This document shows positions 35,936-45,450 of a DNA stretch of 51,349 bases, one piece after another. The notes beneath the pieces are model-generated. The model saw only the letters and a program-made list of their open reading frames with translations. It was not told where the DNA came from and did not search any database. The stretch lies in IMG/VR virus record IMGVR_UViG_3300006097_000004, positions 1 to 51,349 of that record; one strand, written 5' to 3'. A program made the position numbers and the translations under genes. Source of the DNA: a virus. Its lineage: Duplodnaviria; Caudoviricetes. Positions within the stretch are counted from its first letter, which is position 1; every line of letters starts with the position of its first letter.

Positions 35936-36425
35936 GGTTGACGTTATCCTTGCAAACATAATCCGCGATCACATGGGAATAGATGGTTCCCGCATTGCTC
36001 TTTACAATCAGAACTTTAACAAGCCGAAAGATGACGATATTTTTATCGTAATCGCAACCGAGAATAAACGGGTTGTCGGGAATGTTTTTAATTTTGATAG
36101 CGACGCCGACGAAGAAGTCTTAAGCACAACGATATATACTACGCTGAATATTGAGATCACCAGCCGGGACGATAGCGCTAAATTGCGAAACCATGAAATA
36201 CTGATGGCGATCAATTCCACGTTATCGCAGCAGGCGCAAGAAGAAAATAATATCCGCATATACCGGACAGGCTCAATTCTTGACCTGTCTACTATAGACG
36301 GAGCATCGGCCTTGTACAGGTATCAGATTCCCGTTATTATATCCCATGTGGAAATAAAGAGGACGGCAATAACGCCGGTAGACAAATTCCAGCCAATAAC
36401 TACGGAGGTAGAGAGAAATGGCTAA
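35928..36425 (+). CDS. Tail terminator / neck protein
   Basis: GTG 35928 after GGAGG; immediately before the sheath gene. Confidence 0.6.
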   Translation: MPEVDVILANIIRDHMGIDGSRIALYNQNFNKPKDDDIFIVIATENKRVVGNVFNFDSDADEEVLSTTIYTTLNIEITSRDDSAKLRNHEILMAINSTLSQQAQEENNIRIYRTGSILDLSTIDGASALYRYQIPVIISHVEIKRTAITPVDKFQPITTEVERNG

Positions 36426-37896
36426 AATTGACATTAGCAATGTAATTACGGTTACGCTTCTATCGGCGTTACGAGGATTACAGAATCTTAACACATCGGT
36501 ACTTGCACTGTTCACCGATGAGGAGCCGGTTACTACCCTACCGGATGGATACGGTATATACCGCAATCCTACGGCGGTGGCCAATGACTGGGGGAGTACA
36601 TCGGACGCATACACGTATGCAAACCGGATTTTTTCGCAAACATTAAACCCGGTATCAGGCGGCGGCTATCTTGTAATCATCCCGCTTGACCAGGCGGCGG
36701 CGGCAAGTGCGGCCACGCTGAAAAGTACGGCCCCGGTAAACCTGCTTAATCTGACCGGAGTTGATTATGAGATTAACGCAACGATAGACGGAGGATTAGC
36801 CGCAGATCTTACCATCGGAGAGCTTGACTTATCGAGTGTTGAAGCTGCGGAGACAAGCCTGAACAGTACCGAAGTATCAGCGGCCGGAGTTACCTTTTCA
36901 ATCAGCGGAGATTTGACGGCCGCTACGATAACACTTGTAAGCGATACGACTGGAGCGTTGTCAAGCCTCCTACTTGACGATGCTACCACCGGAACCGATA
37001 TAGCCGGGCTCTTGAACCTACAAAAGGGCGTTACTGCAACCGGAGCTGATGCGGGAGTTGAACGGGTCAAGGATGCAATATTGAGGACTGCCGGAAGTAT
37101 AAACTATTTCGGAATTATTCTTAATCAGAAACTCACGGACGCTGAATTGACCGAGACTTCCGCACTAATGCAGGGGCTTGATAAACTGCTCTTCGTAGGT
37201 TCTAACCTGTCAGCCGACGTCATCGGGATTTTTACCACGCTGAAAGATGCAGGCTACACGCATACCCGCTGTCTGTATTATTCGATCAGCGAGACTAAAG
37301 CTCTTGAGTTTGCAGCCGGGTACGCAGGGCGCGGCCTGTCTGTCAATTTCGACGGAGTGAATACGGCCCAGACGATGCACCTGAAAGAGATAACCGGGAT
37401 GATAGCTGATACTGGATTGACTGAGACACTACTCAATACCGCTAACCGTGCGGGCGTCGATGTGTATGCTGATTTCGGAGTGCCGAAGCTTTTTACTTCC
37501 GGGGCTAACGAATACTTTGATTTTATTTATATGCAGCTTGCGTTTAAGAACCGCCTACAGATTGCAGGATTCAATTTCTTGGCTACAACCAATACGAAGA
37601 TCCCGCAGACTGAAACCGGAATGAACAACTTGAAAAACGCTTACCGGGAAGTGTGCAAGGACTTTGTGGAAAACGGATCCTTTGCTCCTGGAACCTGGAA
37701 CGATGCCACCACCTTTGGAAACCCGGAGGATCACCGGCGCAATATCGCAGACTTTGGCTATTATATTTACAGCGTACCGATCACGGAGCAATCACAGCTT
37801 GAACGGGAAAACCGTGTTGCCCCTGCCGTGTATATCGCTGGTAAATCTGCAGGAGCGATTCATCGCAGCGATCTGGTTGCGTTCATTGAGAAATAA
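36418..37896 (+). CDS. Contractile tail sheath protein (DUF3383-like)
   Basis: IDISNVITV, TMHLKEITG, KIPQTETGM, APGTW, GYYIY, REARVAP-like ENRVAP...AGAIH. Confidence 0.88.
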   Translation: MAKIDISNVITVTLLSALRGLQNLNTSVLALFTDEEPVTTLPDGYGIYRNPTAVANDWGSTSDAYTYANRIFSQTLNPVSGGGYLVIIPLDQAAAASAATLKSTAPVNLLNLTGVDYEINATIDGGLAADLTIGELDLSSVEAAETSLNSTEVSAAGVTFSISGDLTAATITLVSDTTGALSSLLLDDATTGTDIAGLLNLQKGVTATGADAGVERVKDAILRTAGSINYFGIILNQKLTDAELTETSALMQGLDKLLFVGSNLSADVIGIFTTLKDAGYTHTRCLYYSISETKALEFAAGYAGRGLSVNFDGVNTAQTMHLKEITGMIADTGLTETLLNTANRAGVDVYADFGVPKLFTSGANEYFDFIYMQLAFKNRLQIAGFNFLATTNTKIPQTETGMNNLKNAYREVCKDFVENGSFAPGTWNDATTFGNPEDHRRNIADFGYYIYSVPITEQSQLERENRVAPAVYIAGKSAGAIHRSDLVAFIEK

Positions 37897-37910
37897 GGAG
37901 GATTGATTAT

Positions 37911-38363
37911 ATGAGTGTTTCATTAACCGGAGAAGATACGACAATCATCAATGGCAGGATTTTGCGGGACTTGGCCGATGGCGATTGTGTTGCTATCGAC
38001 GTACCGAACAACATAGCGGAGCAGAAGGTCGGAAAGAACGGCAATATTCTTGTAGCCTTCAACGCTACGGGAAAAACCGTCAATGTAACCATGCGTGTTA
38101 TAGCTGGTAGCGCAGACGACAAGTTTCTTAACTCGGAGTATGCTTCCTTTATCAATGACCCCGCAAGTTTCCCCATGTTCGAGGGTGAGTTTATCAAACG
38201 GGTTGGCGACGGGTCAGGCAACGTCAATAATATTGTCTACTCCCTCGGCAAAGGTGTCCCGCAGAAAATGCCGGTGGTAAAGGAAAACAAGGAAGGCGAC
38301 ACGGAACAGAGCGTTGCGATCTGGATGCTACAGTTTGCCAACACTGACAGGGCTATTGCATAA
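37911..38363 (+). CDS. Tail tube protein (DUF3277-like)
   Basis: 150 aa after sheath; LADGD, VGKNG; AAGGAGG RBS. Confidence 0.8.
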   Translation: MSVSLTGEDTTIINGRILRDLADGDCVAIDVPNNIAEQKVGKNGNILVAFNATGKTVNVTMRVIAGSADDKFLNSEYASFINDPASFPMFEGEFIKRVGDGSGNVNNIVYSLGKGVPQKMPVVKENKEGDTEQSVAIWMLQFANTDRAIA

Positions 38364-38755
38364 TGGGATTTGACAAGAAAAAGTTACAGATTACAAAGGC
38401 GACGTTTGACGATGCTTTTGATCTGCAGGACGCAATAAGCCGGGCCGTAAAAGGTAACCGGCTTAACGTCCCCGAGGGCATGGAATCGGATATCGACGTT
38501 TCCTCTTTCCTTGACGCAGCATTGTCAACAATTTCCAGCAGGGAAGTACGTGACTGCCTTTTCCGTTGTGCGGAGCGGGCCTTGTATGATAATCAGAAAA
38601 TCAACAAGGATTTTTTTGAGAAAGAGGATAACCGGGAGCTGTACTATCCCATTATGATCGAGATAGTAAAGGAGAATGTTGGCCCTTTTATCACGGGTCT
38701 GCTTTCATCGTTCGGGGGCCCCGGACAGATAGAAACCTTCCTAAAACGGAAATAA
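38363..38755 (+). CDS. Tail assembly chaperone (G-like)
   Basis: Between tube and tape measure; slippery C-CCT-TTT at 38683-38689. Confidence 0.75.
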   Translation: MGFDKKKLQITKATFDDAFDLQDAISRAVKGNRLNVPEGMESDIDVSSFLDAALSTISSREVRDCLFRCAERALYDNQKINKDFFEKEDNRELYYPIMIEIVKENVGPFITGLLSSFGGPGQIETFLKRK

Positions 38756-38928
38756 AGGTCTCCGATAAAATGCTTGCGGCATTGCGTATTGCAAAGGCTG
38801 GGTATTACGGGGGAGACCCAGAGAAGGTTTTAAATGCGAAAGTAGACCATGTACTTATGATATTAGATTATGAAAAGTTTACAATTGATTTTGAAGATGT
38901 TTATTATGAGATAAACAAGGCCCGGTAA
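38683..38928 (+). CDS. Tail assembly chaperone -1 frameshift extension (T-like)
   Basis: The -1 frame is open from the slippery site to TAA 38926-38928 (...MLAALRIAKAGYYGGDPEKVL...). Confidence 0.7.
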   Translation, partial: PFYHGSAFIVRGPRTDRNLPKTEIKVSDKMLAALRIAKAGYYGGDPEKVLNAKVDHVLMILDYEKFTIDFEDVYYEINKAR

Positions 38929-38947
38929 AAAGCCGGGCTTTTCTTTT
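38918..38947 (+). terminator. Rho-independent terminator
   Basis: AGGCCCGGT-AAAAA-GCCGGGCTT followed by TTCTTTT. Confidence 0.75.
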
Positions 38948-38952
38948 GTCTA

Positions 38953-38981
38953 TTGATACCATACAAAATACAAGTTATTAT
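38953..38981 (+). promoter_or_regulatory. Promoter before tape measure gene (leaderless)
   Basis: TTGATA-17 bp-TATTAT, 6 nt before ATG 38988. Confidence 0.65.
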
Positions 38982-38987
38982 TGAGAT

Positions 38988-40451
38988 ATGAATATCGCGA
39001 ACTTATTCGCTAGGATCGGATTACAGACAGACGAAGCAAAGGCTAAAAGTTTCGACCGCTCAATTCGTGCGGTTAAAATCGGCATGGTAGGAGCCGCAGC
39101 CGGGGCCGTTGCATTTTCCGTAAAATTGAAACAATTAACCGACCAGGCTTTTGAGGCTGCCGCAGCTTTCAAACAATTTGAAGCCGAGACCGGCGGAAGC
39201 GCACAGGAATTACAGAAATGGCAGGCGGTCGCTAATCAGACGAATAATAGCGCCGAGGCTGTCACCGCATCTATAAAAGCGATAGCCGCTAATCAGGAAA
39301 AGATAAAACTTGGACAGGGAAATATTTCAGGGTACCAGCTACTTGGGATAAGCCCGGCAAGTGATCCTTTTGAAATATTGGAACAGCTGCGGGTAAAGAC
39401 TGCGGGATTATCGCAGGCCATGAAGAAAAACGCATTGTAGCAGATGGGCGTATCTTCTGAACTCATCCAGGTACTTGAACTCACTAATGATGAGTTTGAC
39501 CGCATGGCCGCTAATGCGTTTATTGTCCCGCCGTCTGCGATAGATACGCTTGATAAAGCCCGGGCAAGCGGACAGATGTTGGGGAACGCTGTAAGGTATA
39601 TCAGACAAATGATAGCGGCGAACCTGTCCCCGGCGATCGACGAACTGAATAAAAAAATAGCATTGTGGATAAAGCAGAATCAGGACGGAATCATAAAAAC
39701 AATTCAGACTATTTTTGGCTGGATAAATAGATTCGTAACTGCGATGTACAGAACTGCTACCATGATAGACAAAGGAGTAAGGGCAACTATTGGATGGTCA
39801 AACGCTATTAAAATTTTAATAGGCGCGATTGCCTTGCTTAATTCGGCGCTTTTGTTTTCTCCAGTCGGCGCATTTATCGCGGCCATTGCTATGCTTGTAC
39901 TTGTGATGGAAGACCTGTACGTCTACTCGAAAGGTGGAAAGTCTTTATTCGGCAGGATGATGGAGCAATTCCCGCAATTGGAAAACGCTTTGAAAGGATT
40001 ATGGCAAATGCTAAAAGATATCGGCGCCGTCTTAAAAACTGTTTTCGGCGGCGGTGATCTTGGAAGCATACAGGGAATACTCGATGAATGGGGATTATGG
40101 GGCGACATAATAGAGGGTATAATAGAAGGACTTAGGAAAATACGCGAATGGTTTGCGACCGCTGAATATGACGCAGAGACCGGTGAATTCGGAAACGTCC
40201 CGGGATACCTTAAAGCACAGATGGCAGATTTTATGCAGCTTTTTACCGATCCTGTCGGATGGGCGAAAGAAGGAATTGAGGCCGGTAAAAATGTAATCGG
40301 TGGATTGTTCGGCGGTGGAGGCGGTAGCGCTACCACGAATAATGTCAACGTAAATATCAATACTTCCGGGAACGTAGACGGTGAATCGGTGCAGCGTGAA
40401 ATGCAAAGAGCTTTTAATTCAAGCAACGTACAGCGGGGGAATACTGAATGA
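38988..40451 (+). pseudogene. Tape measure protein interrupted by one in-frame TAG (39438-39440)
   Basis: ORFs 38988-39440 and 39444-40451 share a frame: ...KNAL*QMGVSS...; MNIANLFARIG start, LVMEDLYVYSKGGKSLFG; could be a read-through site or a base error. Confidence 0.75.
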
Positions 40452-41242
40452 GTATTTCAAATATTGCGCAGAGGTCAAATACAGGTATATCTTCTGTCCG
40501 TGATTACGTCGATGAAAAAGCAGGGGCGGCGGTTGTATCTCCAAAAAATGCTAAGGGTATTCAAGGATGGGTATTCGATATATTAACAAGGGAAAGCATC
40601 GACCTGAACGCAGAAATTACAGACCATGTTGTACAGAGCGGATCTTTTCTGTCTGACCATGTTGTTATAAAGCCGCGCAGGATTACGCTATCAGGTTTAA
40701 TCGGCGAGAATGTTTATAATGCACCAGGGGCCGCAGAAGCCTTACAAGAATTACAAAATAAACTTGAGGTAGTGGACGCTTACGGCGGCGCATACACCGA
40801 CGGCATGACACAAAAGCTACAGGGAGCAATAACTCAGGCCCAGACGGCAGTTGATAAATTAAATAATACACTGAATAAGACGCAGAGCGTAATCAGCGCC
40901 TTTGCCGGTGAATCATCGGAACAGACACGGCAGCAGCGATTATATCAGCAGCTACTTGCAGCGTTCAAAGTCAAATATATTTTGACAGTACAAACATGGC
41001 TTGACTACTACGATAACATGGTTATTGAATCCATAAGCGCAACGCAGGACGAGACCACGGAGCAAATTACAGATATCAGCGTAACTCTAAAAGAAGTACG
41101 TTTCGAGGAATTGGAATTCGTAAACTATGATGAAAGGCTACAGCCTCCACGGGAACAGATACAGAAGGCTGGCGAAGAGGACGCAGGAAAGGCACAGGGA
41201 GAACTTGCAAGCGCAGCCTATAAACTAACGGCGGGTGAATAA
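40448..41242 (+). CDS. Tail tube initiator / baseplate-proximal protein
   Basis: EITDHVVQSGSFLSDHVVIKP, YDNMVIESI, LKEVR; follows the tape measure gene. Confidence 0.75.
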   Translation: MSISNIAQRSNTGISSVRDYVDEKAGAAVVSPKNAKGIQGWVFDILTRESIDLNAEITDHVVQSGSFLSDHVVIKPRRITLSGLIGENVYNAPGAAEALQELQNKLEVVDAYGGAYTDGMTQKLQGAITQAQTAVDKLNNTLNKTQSVISAFAGESSEQTRQQRLYQQLLAAFKVKYILTVQTWLDYYDNMVIESISATQDETTEQITDISVTLKEVRFEELEFVNYDERLQPPREQIQKAGEEDAGKAQGELASAAYKLTAGE

Positions 41243-41589
41243 TGATAACAATACAAGGTCTTTCAAGCAATCCTATACAGACATTCCAGGTAACAAGCGA
41301 GGATGGCATTATAATTGATATCACTATCCGATATCACGCTTCATCTTCCATGTGGTTTGCTAATATTTCAACTGAGGATTTTACCGTAAACGGTTTACGC
41401 CTTTGCGCTAATAATAATCTATTGCTGCAGTTTGAGAATATAATTGATTTCGGTTTACTTGTATCAGCGCCGGAGGGGACAGAACCTATTTTAATAAATG
41501 ACTTTTCAACCGGTAGGTGTACGCTGAATATTTTATCCGCTGCCGACGTCGTACAATTAGAATCATTATACGTGGAAGCTAATCAGTGA
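41242..41589 (+). CDS. Baseplate plug/accessory protein
   Basis: PIQTF...WFANI...NLLLQF; conserved position. Confidence 0.6.
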   Translation: MITIQGLSSNPIQTFQVTSEDGIIIDITIRYHASSSMWFANISTEDFTVNGLRLCANNNLLLQFENIIDFGLLVSAPEGTEPILINDFSTGRCTLNILSAADVVQLESLYVEANQ

Positions 41590-42464
41590 ACTGGATACGC
41601 GATTATGTTATTTTAATTCAACGGCCCGATAAAAAGACTCTTGAGATCAGGCCTCCTTTTTCCATGAAATGCGATATACAGAAGAGTACAACCGCCTCCG
41701 CTAATCAAGCATCTGTTACGCTTTACAATTTACGTAAAGATATACGCAACGGTATTTATAAAGATCGCTATACTATTTCGGAATATTGGCAGATCAGAAT
41801 ATATGCAGGGTACAAGGGTAAAGTATTAGACCTTATTTTCCAGGGAAACATAATGCAAGCGTCAAGCGTAAAACAGAATACTGATTGGATAACAACGCTT
41901 GAGTGTTTCGATGGACTGTACGGAATACAGAACGGTGTTACAGCGCAGACGTTCGGTAAAAATGTAGACCTGTCAGAAGTTGCACTCGGAATAATAAATA
42001 CCATGCAGAACATTGAACCCGGCGCAATGGGTAGCCCTGTCGATGGGAAAACGGGACCGAGGGGATTATCTCTTATAGGGAATTCTAAAGATATGCTTGA
42101 CGGCATTGTAGAGGGAAAATACTTCATTGATTCAGAGCGGGTAAATATTTTAGACGATGATGAGGTTATTATCGGAAAAGTCCCGCTACTCGATGAGGGA
42201 CGTTTATTCACGTCTCCTAAACGTGGAGACACAAGTCTTACCGTTCAGACTCAACTTTTCCCTAAGGTGCAATTGGGATTATATACTGAGTTACGCAGCA
42301 TTAGCGGTATCTATAACGGGCAGTATAAAACAATCGCTTTTAAGCATAGCATTACAGTATCGTCAGCCGAGGCGGGCGACGCAATAACTGAGATTACTTT
42401 ATACACCGGACAGAAACTATTTCAGGAGGTGGCACGTGTCAGGTCTACAACTGCCGGAGCCTGA
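41586..42464 (+). CDS. Baseplate hub protein
   Basis: ASVTLYNL, IYAGY...IFQGNI, ECFDG, YNGQYK. Confidence 0.75.
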   Translation: MNWIRDYVILIQRPDKKTLEIRPPFSMKCDIQKSTTASANQASVTLYNLRKDIRNGIYKDRYTISEYWQIRIYAGYKGKVLDLIFQGNIMQASSVKQNTDWITTLECFDGLYGIQNGVTAQTFGKNVDLSEVALGIINTMQNIEPGAMGSPVDGKTGPRGLSLIGNSKDMLDGIVEGKYFIDSERVNILDDDEVIIGKVPLLDEGRLFTSPKRGDTSLTVQTQLFPKVQLGLYTELRSISGIYNGQYKTIAFKHSITVSSAEAGDAITEITLYTGQKLFQEVARVRSTTAGA

Positions 42465-43050
42465 TCTTGACGATATATTGGAACAATTAAGTAACGATAT
42501 ATTTGCGCGTCTTAATTGCGTTCAGATCGGAAAAATAGAAAAGGTAAATAATAATCAGACCGTTGAAATAATGATCCAGGTAAAGCGGCGCGTACCTACC
42601 GGAACTATAAACTATCCCATGCTTGTGGACTGCCCCTATATTGTAATGCAGGGTGGCGGGGCGTATCTTGATATGCCGATTCAAGCAGGCGATTATTGCC
42701 TTGTACTTTTCAACGACCGGAATATTGATACGTGGTGGAGTACTGCAAACGTTAAGGAACCCCGTGACCGCAGAAAACATAGCCTGTCCGATGGTATTGC
42801 ACTTGTCGGGATAAATCCTGAAAGCTCATCGCTTGAAACAGATGGCCAGGTAGTCCGCTTGCTTGGAACGGCAGGACCGGGAGCTGAGGAATTCGCAGCG
42901 CGTCAAAACGATGAGATAACAGCAGACGCTACTACTGACCCCGCATTATTTTCATGGTTCAACGCGGTAGCAACGGCAACAGGGACTACCGCTCCGACAT
43001 CAATTACTGGTAAGATATCTGGTGGCAGTACGGAGGTAAAAATAGGATGA
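42436..43050 (+). CDS. Baseplate central spike (phi92 gp138-like N-terminal OB domain)
   Basis: GGGAYLDMPIQAGDYCLVLFNDRNIDTW, RKHSLSDGIALVG. Confidence 0.8.
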   Translation: MSGLQLPEPDLDDILEQLSNDIFARLNCVQIGKIEKVNNNQTVEIMIQVKRRVPTGTINYPMLVDCPYIVMQGGGAYLDMPIQAGDYCLVLFNDRNIDTWWSTANVKEPRDRRKHSLSDGIALVGINPESSSLETDGQVVRLLGTAGPGAEEFAARQNDEITADATTDPALFSWFNAVATATGTTAPTSITGKISGGSTEVKIG

Positions 43051-43394
43051 TAATTCGTAACCTTACAGCAACCGGAGACTGGACATTTGGCAGGGGACAA
43101 AGCGATTATTTACGAGATCTCCCGGCGTTTAAATTAAACTTGCGTACACGATTAAAATCATGGAAAGGTGACTGTTTCTACGCTACTGCCGAAGGTGTAG
43201 ACTGGAATAATTTTCTTGACATAGGCACAAAGGATTTGCTTGATCGAGATATAAAGCGGGTAATTTTACAGACAGAAGGCGTATTGAAAATAACTGAATA
43301 TACCAGTACACTCGATAGAGATGATAGGGACGTTTCAATCAACTGTACGCTTACAACAATTTTCGGGACCATCACAATTCAGGAGGTCTTGTAA
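43047..43394 (+). CDS. Baseplate wedge / sheath initiator (gp25/GP46-like)
   Basis: RNLTATGDWTFG, TRLKSWKGDCFY...GVDW, ILQTEGV, TIFG. Confidence 0.75.
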   Translation: MIIRNLTATGDWTFGRGQSDYLRDLPAFKLNLRTRLKSWKGDCFYATAEGVDWNNFLDIGTKDLLDRDIKRVILQTEGVLKITEYTSTLDRDDRDVSINCTLTTIFGTITIQEVL

Positions 43395-43541
43395 ATGAGT
43401 GACATTGACGAAAACTTAGGCAATCTTGACGATTGCTGGGTTACGCAAGCAAACGATCAATTCCAATGTATAGTAGATGATAACTTGACAGCCCTGTCTT
43501 TTTTTAAGATTGTTATGCATGGTCATGTAGTGAGGGAATAA
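43395..43541 (+). CDS. 48-aa hypothetical ORF
   Basis: ATG after AGGAGG; stop overlaps the next start (TAATG). Confidence 0.45.
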   Translation: MSDIDENLGNLDDCWVTQANDQFQCIVDDNLTALSFFKIVMHGHVVRE

Positions 43542-44728
43542 TGCCGACGACGTTTGACGAAAATGGATTGACGATTGAAACGCTAACCGAGATTCGCGAA
43601 AACTTAGAAGCGGAATTCCGCAGTATTTACGGCGACGATATAAACCTTGATCAAAACTCACCAGACGGGCAATTATTAAATATACTCGCGCAGGCCAAAA
43701 TAGATTTGCTTGAACAGCTGAATAAAATCAACGCAGGATTTGACCCCGACCAGGCAGAAGGCCGTGTACTCGATCAGCGGGTGAACATGAACGGCATACA
43801 GCGGAACGGGGGAACCTACACGCTTGTGCCAGTAGAGATAACCGGTGACCGTGCGCTTAATCTTATGGGACTTGATGATCAGTCCGACGAATTAAACCCG
43901 AATATATCGAACTTGTACACGATAAAAGACGATAACGAAAATGAGTATTATCTATTGGAATCGCAGGCTATTGCTTCCCCCGGGACTGCTACCTACACTT
44001 TCAGAGCTGCCAGGATCGGAGCGGTACAGGTAAGCGTCAACACGATTACAACACCAGTTACAGTTATCGCCGGGGTTACAAATATAAATAATTCCTCCGG
44101 GGCATCCACGCAAGGAGTAGACGAAGAATCAGACTTTGACTTGAGGGAGCGCCGTAAAATATCGACGGCCATAAGTGCTACCGGATATCTTGAAGCAATC
44201 GAGGCTGCCATAGCAAATATTGACGGCGTGTCGGCTTCCATCGTATTGGAAAACACAACTGACACAACCGATTCAAATAGTATTCCGCCTCATTCAATAT
44301 GGGCCATTGTCGAGGGCGGAGATAATACCGCAATCGGAACAGCGATATATGCGAAGAAGTCCAGCGGCTCAGGAATGAAAGGAGCGGTCGAGGTAGAAAT
44401 TGAGCGGCCGAACGGTACGACCTTTACCGCAAAGTTTGACCGGCCGGTTGATGAGGATTTGTATATCAGGTTTTCAATACAGCTACCTAACGGCGGCGTA
44501 ATTGATACCGATAGCATAAAAGAATTGATTGTAGAGAATATACAATGGGGAGTTGGAGCCGACGCGGTAGCGTCCACGGTAACAAGCTATGTACAGTCTC
44601 TTAATTCACGCTATCAGATAAGCTCGATGGAAGTAAGCGCCGACAATGCAACATGGTTTGAAGTGTTGGCACCGTCAAGCCCGGGGAACAGATTTGTAAA
44701 CTCAACGGCAAGGATAAGCATAAGCTGA
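43541..44728 (+). CDS. Baseplate J-like wedge protein
   Basis: IYGDDINLDQNSPDGQ, GVDEESDFDLRERR, IPPHSIWAIVEGG, FDRP. Confidence 0.88.
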   Translation: MPTTFDENGLTIETLTEIRENLEAEFRSIYGDDINLDQNSPDGQLLNILAQAKIDLLEQLNKINAGFDPDQAEGRVLDQRVNMNGIQRNGGTYTLVPVEITGDRALNLMGLDDQSDELNPNISNLYTIKDDNENEYYLLESQAIASPGTATYTFRAARIGAVQVSVNTITTPVTVIAGVTNINNSSGASTQGVDEESDFDLRERRKISTAISATGYLEAIEAAIANIDGVSASIVLENTTDTTDSNSIPPHSIWAIVEGGDNTAIGTAIYAKKSSGSGMKGAVEVEIERPNGTTFTAKFDRPVDEDLYIRFSIQLPNGGVIDTDSIKELIVENIQWGVGADAVASTVTSYVQSLNSRYQISSMEVSADNATWFEVLAPSSPGNRFVNSTARISIS

Positions 44729-45450
44729 TGGATCAGGAATTGGTACAGTATTATATCAACCTCTTAATTATCCAGTATCAGAATCAGCCAAAGGCACGGG
44801 CGACAATTGAGGCGGTGATCTCAACGCTCATGATGTATGATATGATGATATCGGTACGGGATGGCTATGATCTTAATACGGCAGTAGGACGGCAGCTTGA
44901 TATCATCGGTAAATATCTTGGAGAAGATAGGACAATTACCGGGACTACCTTTACCAGGGAGTATTTCGGTTTTTCTGAATATGGCGACGTCTCCCCGTTT
45001 GATTTTAATCCGTACATTGTTTACGGCGCTACACCGCCAGATGTGCAGTACCGTCGGTATGAGGAAAGCTCACAATCACTGTATGATCTCAATGATGATG
45101 AGTACCGGCAGATATTGCGGTTCAAGCTTGTACAGAATTACAGTGATGCAAGCAATCAGGATGTTGACGATTTCTTAGATGCGTATTTTGGTTCAAGCGT
45201 TATTTTTACAGACCGTGAGAATATGACAATATCGTATATTTTCCAAGATACTGTGGAACGGCTTGTTACCATTGCGCAGAGTGAGGGGCTGCTACCACGG
45301 CCTGCCGGTGTTGGCTTGTCCGTCTCTTTTGTACCTGATATAAATAATATATATAGTTTTAGTTTGTATGGAATGGATGCGCCTGATTTCGGCGTAGGAT
45401 ATTCAGAATACGGCGCAACGCCGGTAGGGAGTTGGTTACAATATGGCTGA
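44728..45450 (+). CDS. Baseplate wedge protein (DUF2612-like)
   Basis: LLIIQYQNQPKA, TAVGRQLDIIG, LNDDEYR, LPRPAGV. Confidence 0.85.
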   Translation: MDQELVQYYINLLIIQYQNQPKARATIEAVISTLMMYDMMISVRDGYDLNTAVGRQLDIIGKYLGEDRTITGTTFTREYFGFSEYGDVSPFDFNPYIVYGATPPDVQYRRYEESSQSLYDLNDDEYRQILRFKLVQNYSDASNQDVDDFLDAYFGSSVIFTDRENMTISYIFQDTVERLVTIAQSEGLLPRPAGVGLSVSFVPDINNIYSFSLYGMDAPDFGVGYSEYGATPVGSWLQYG

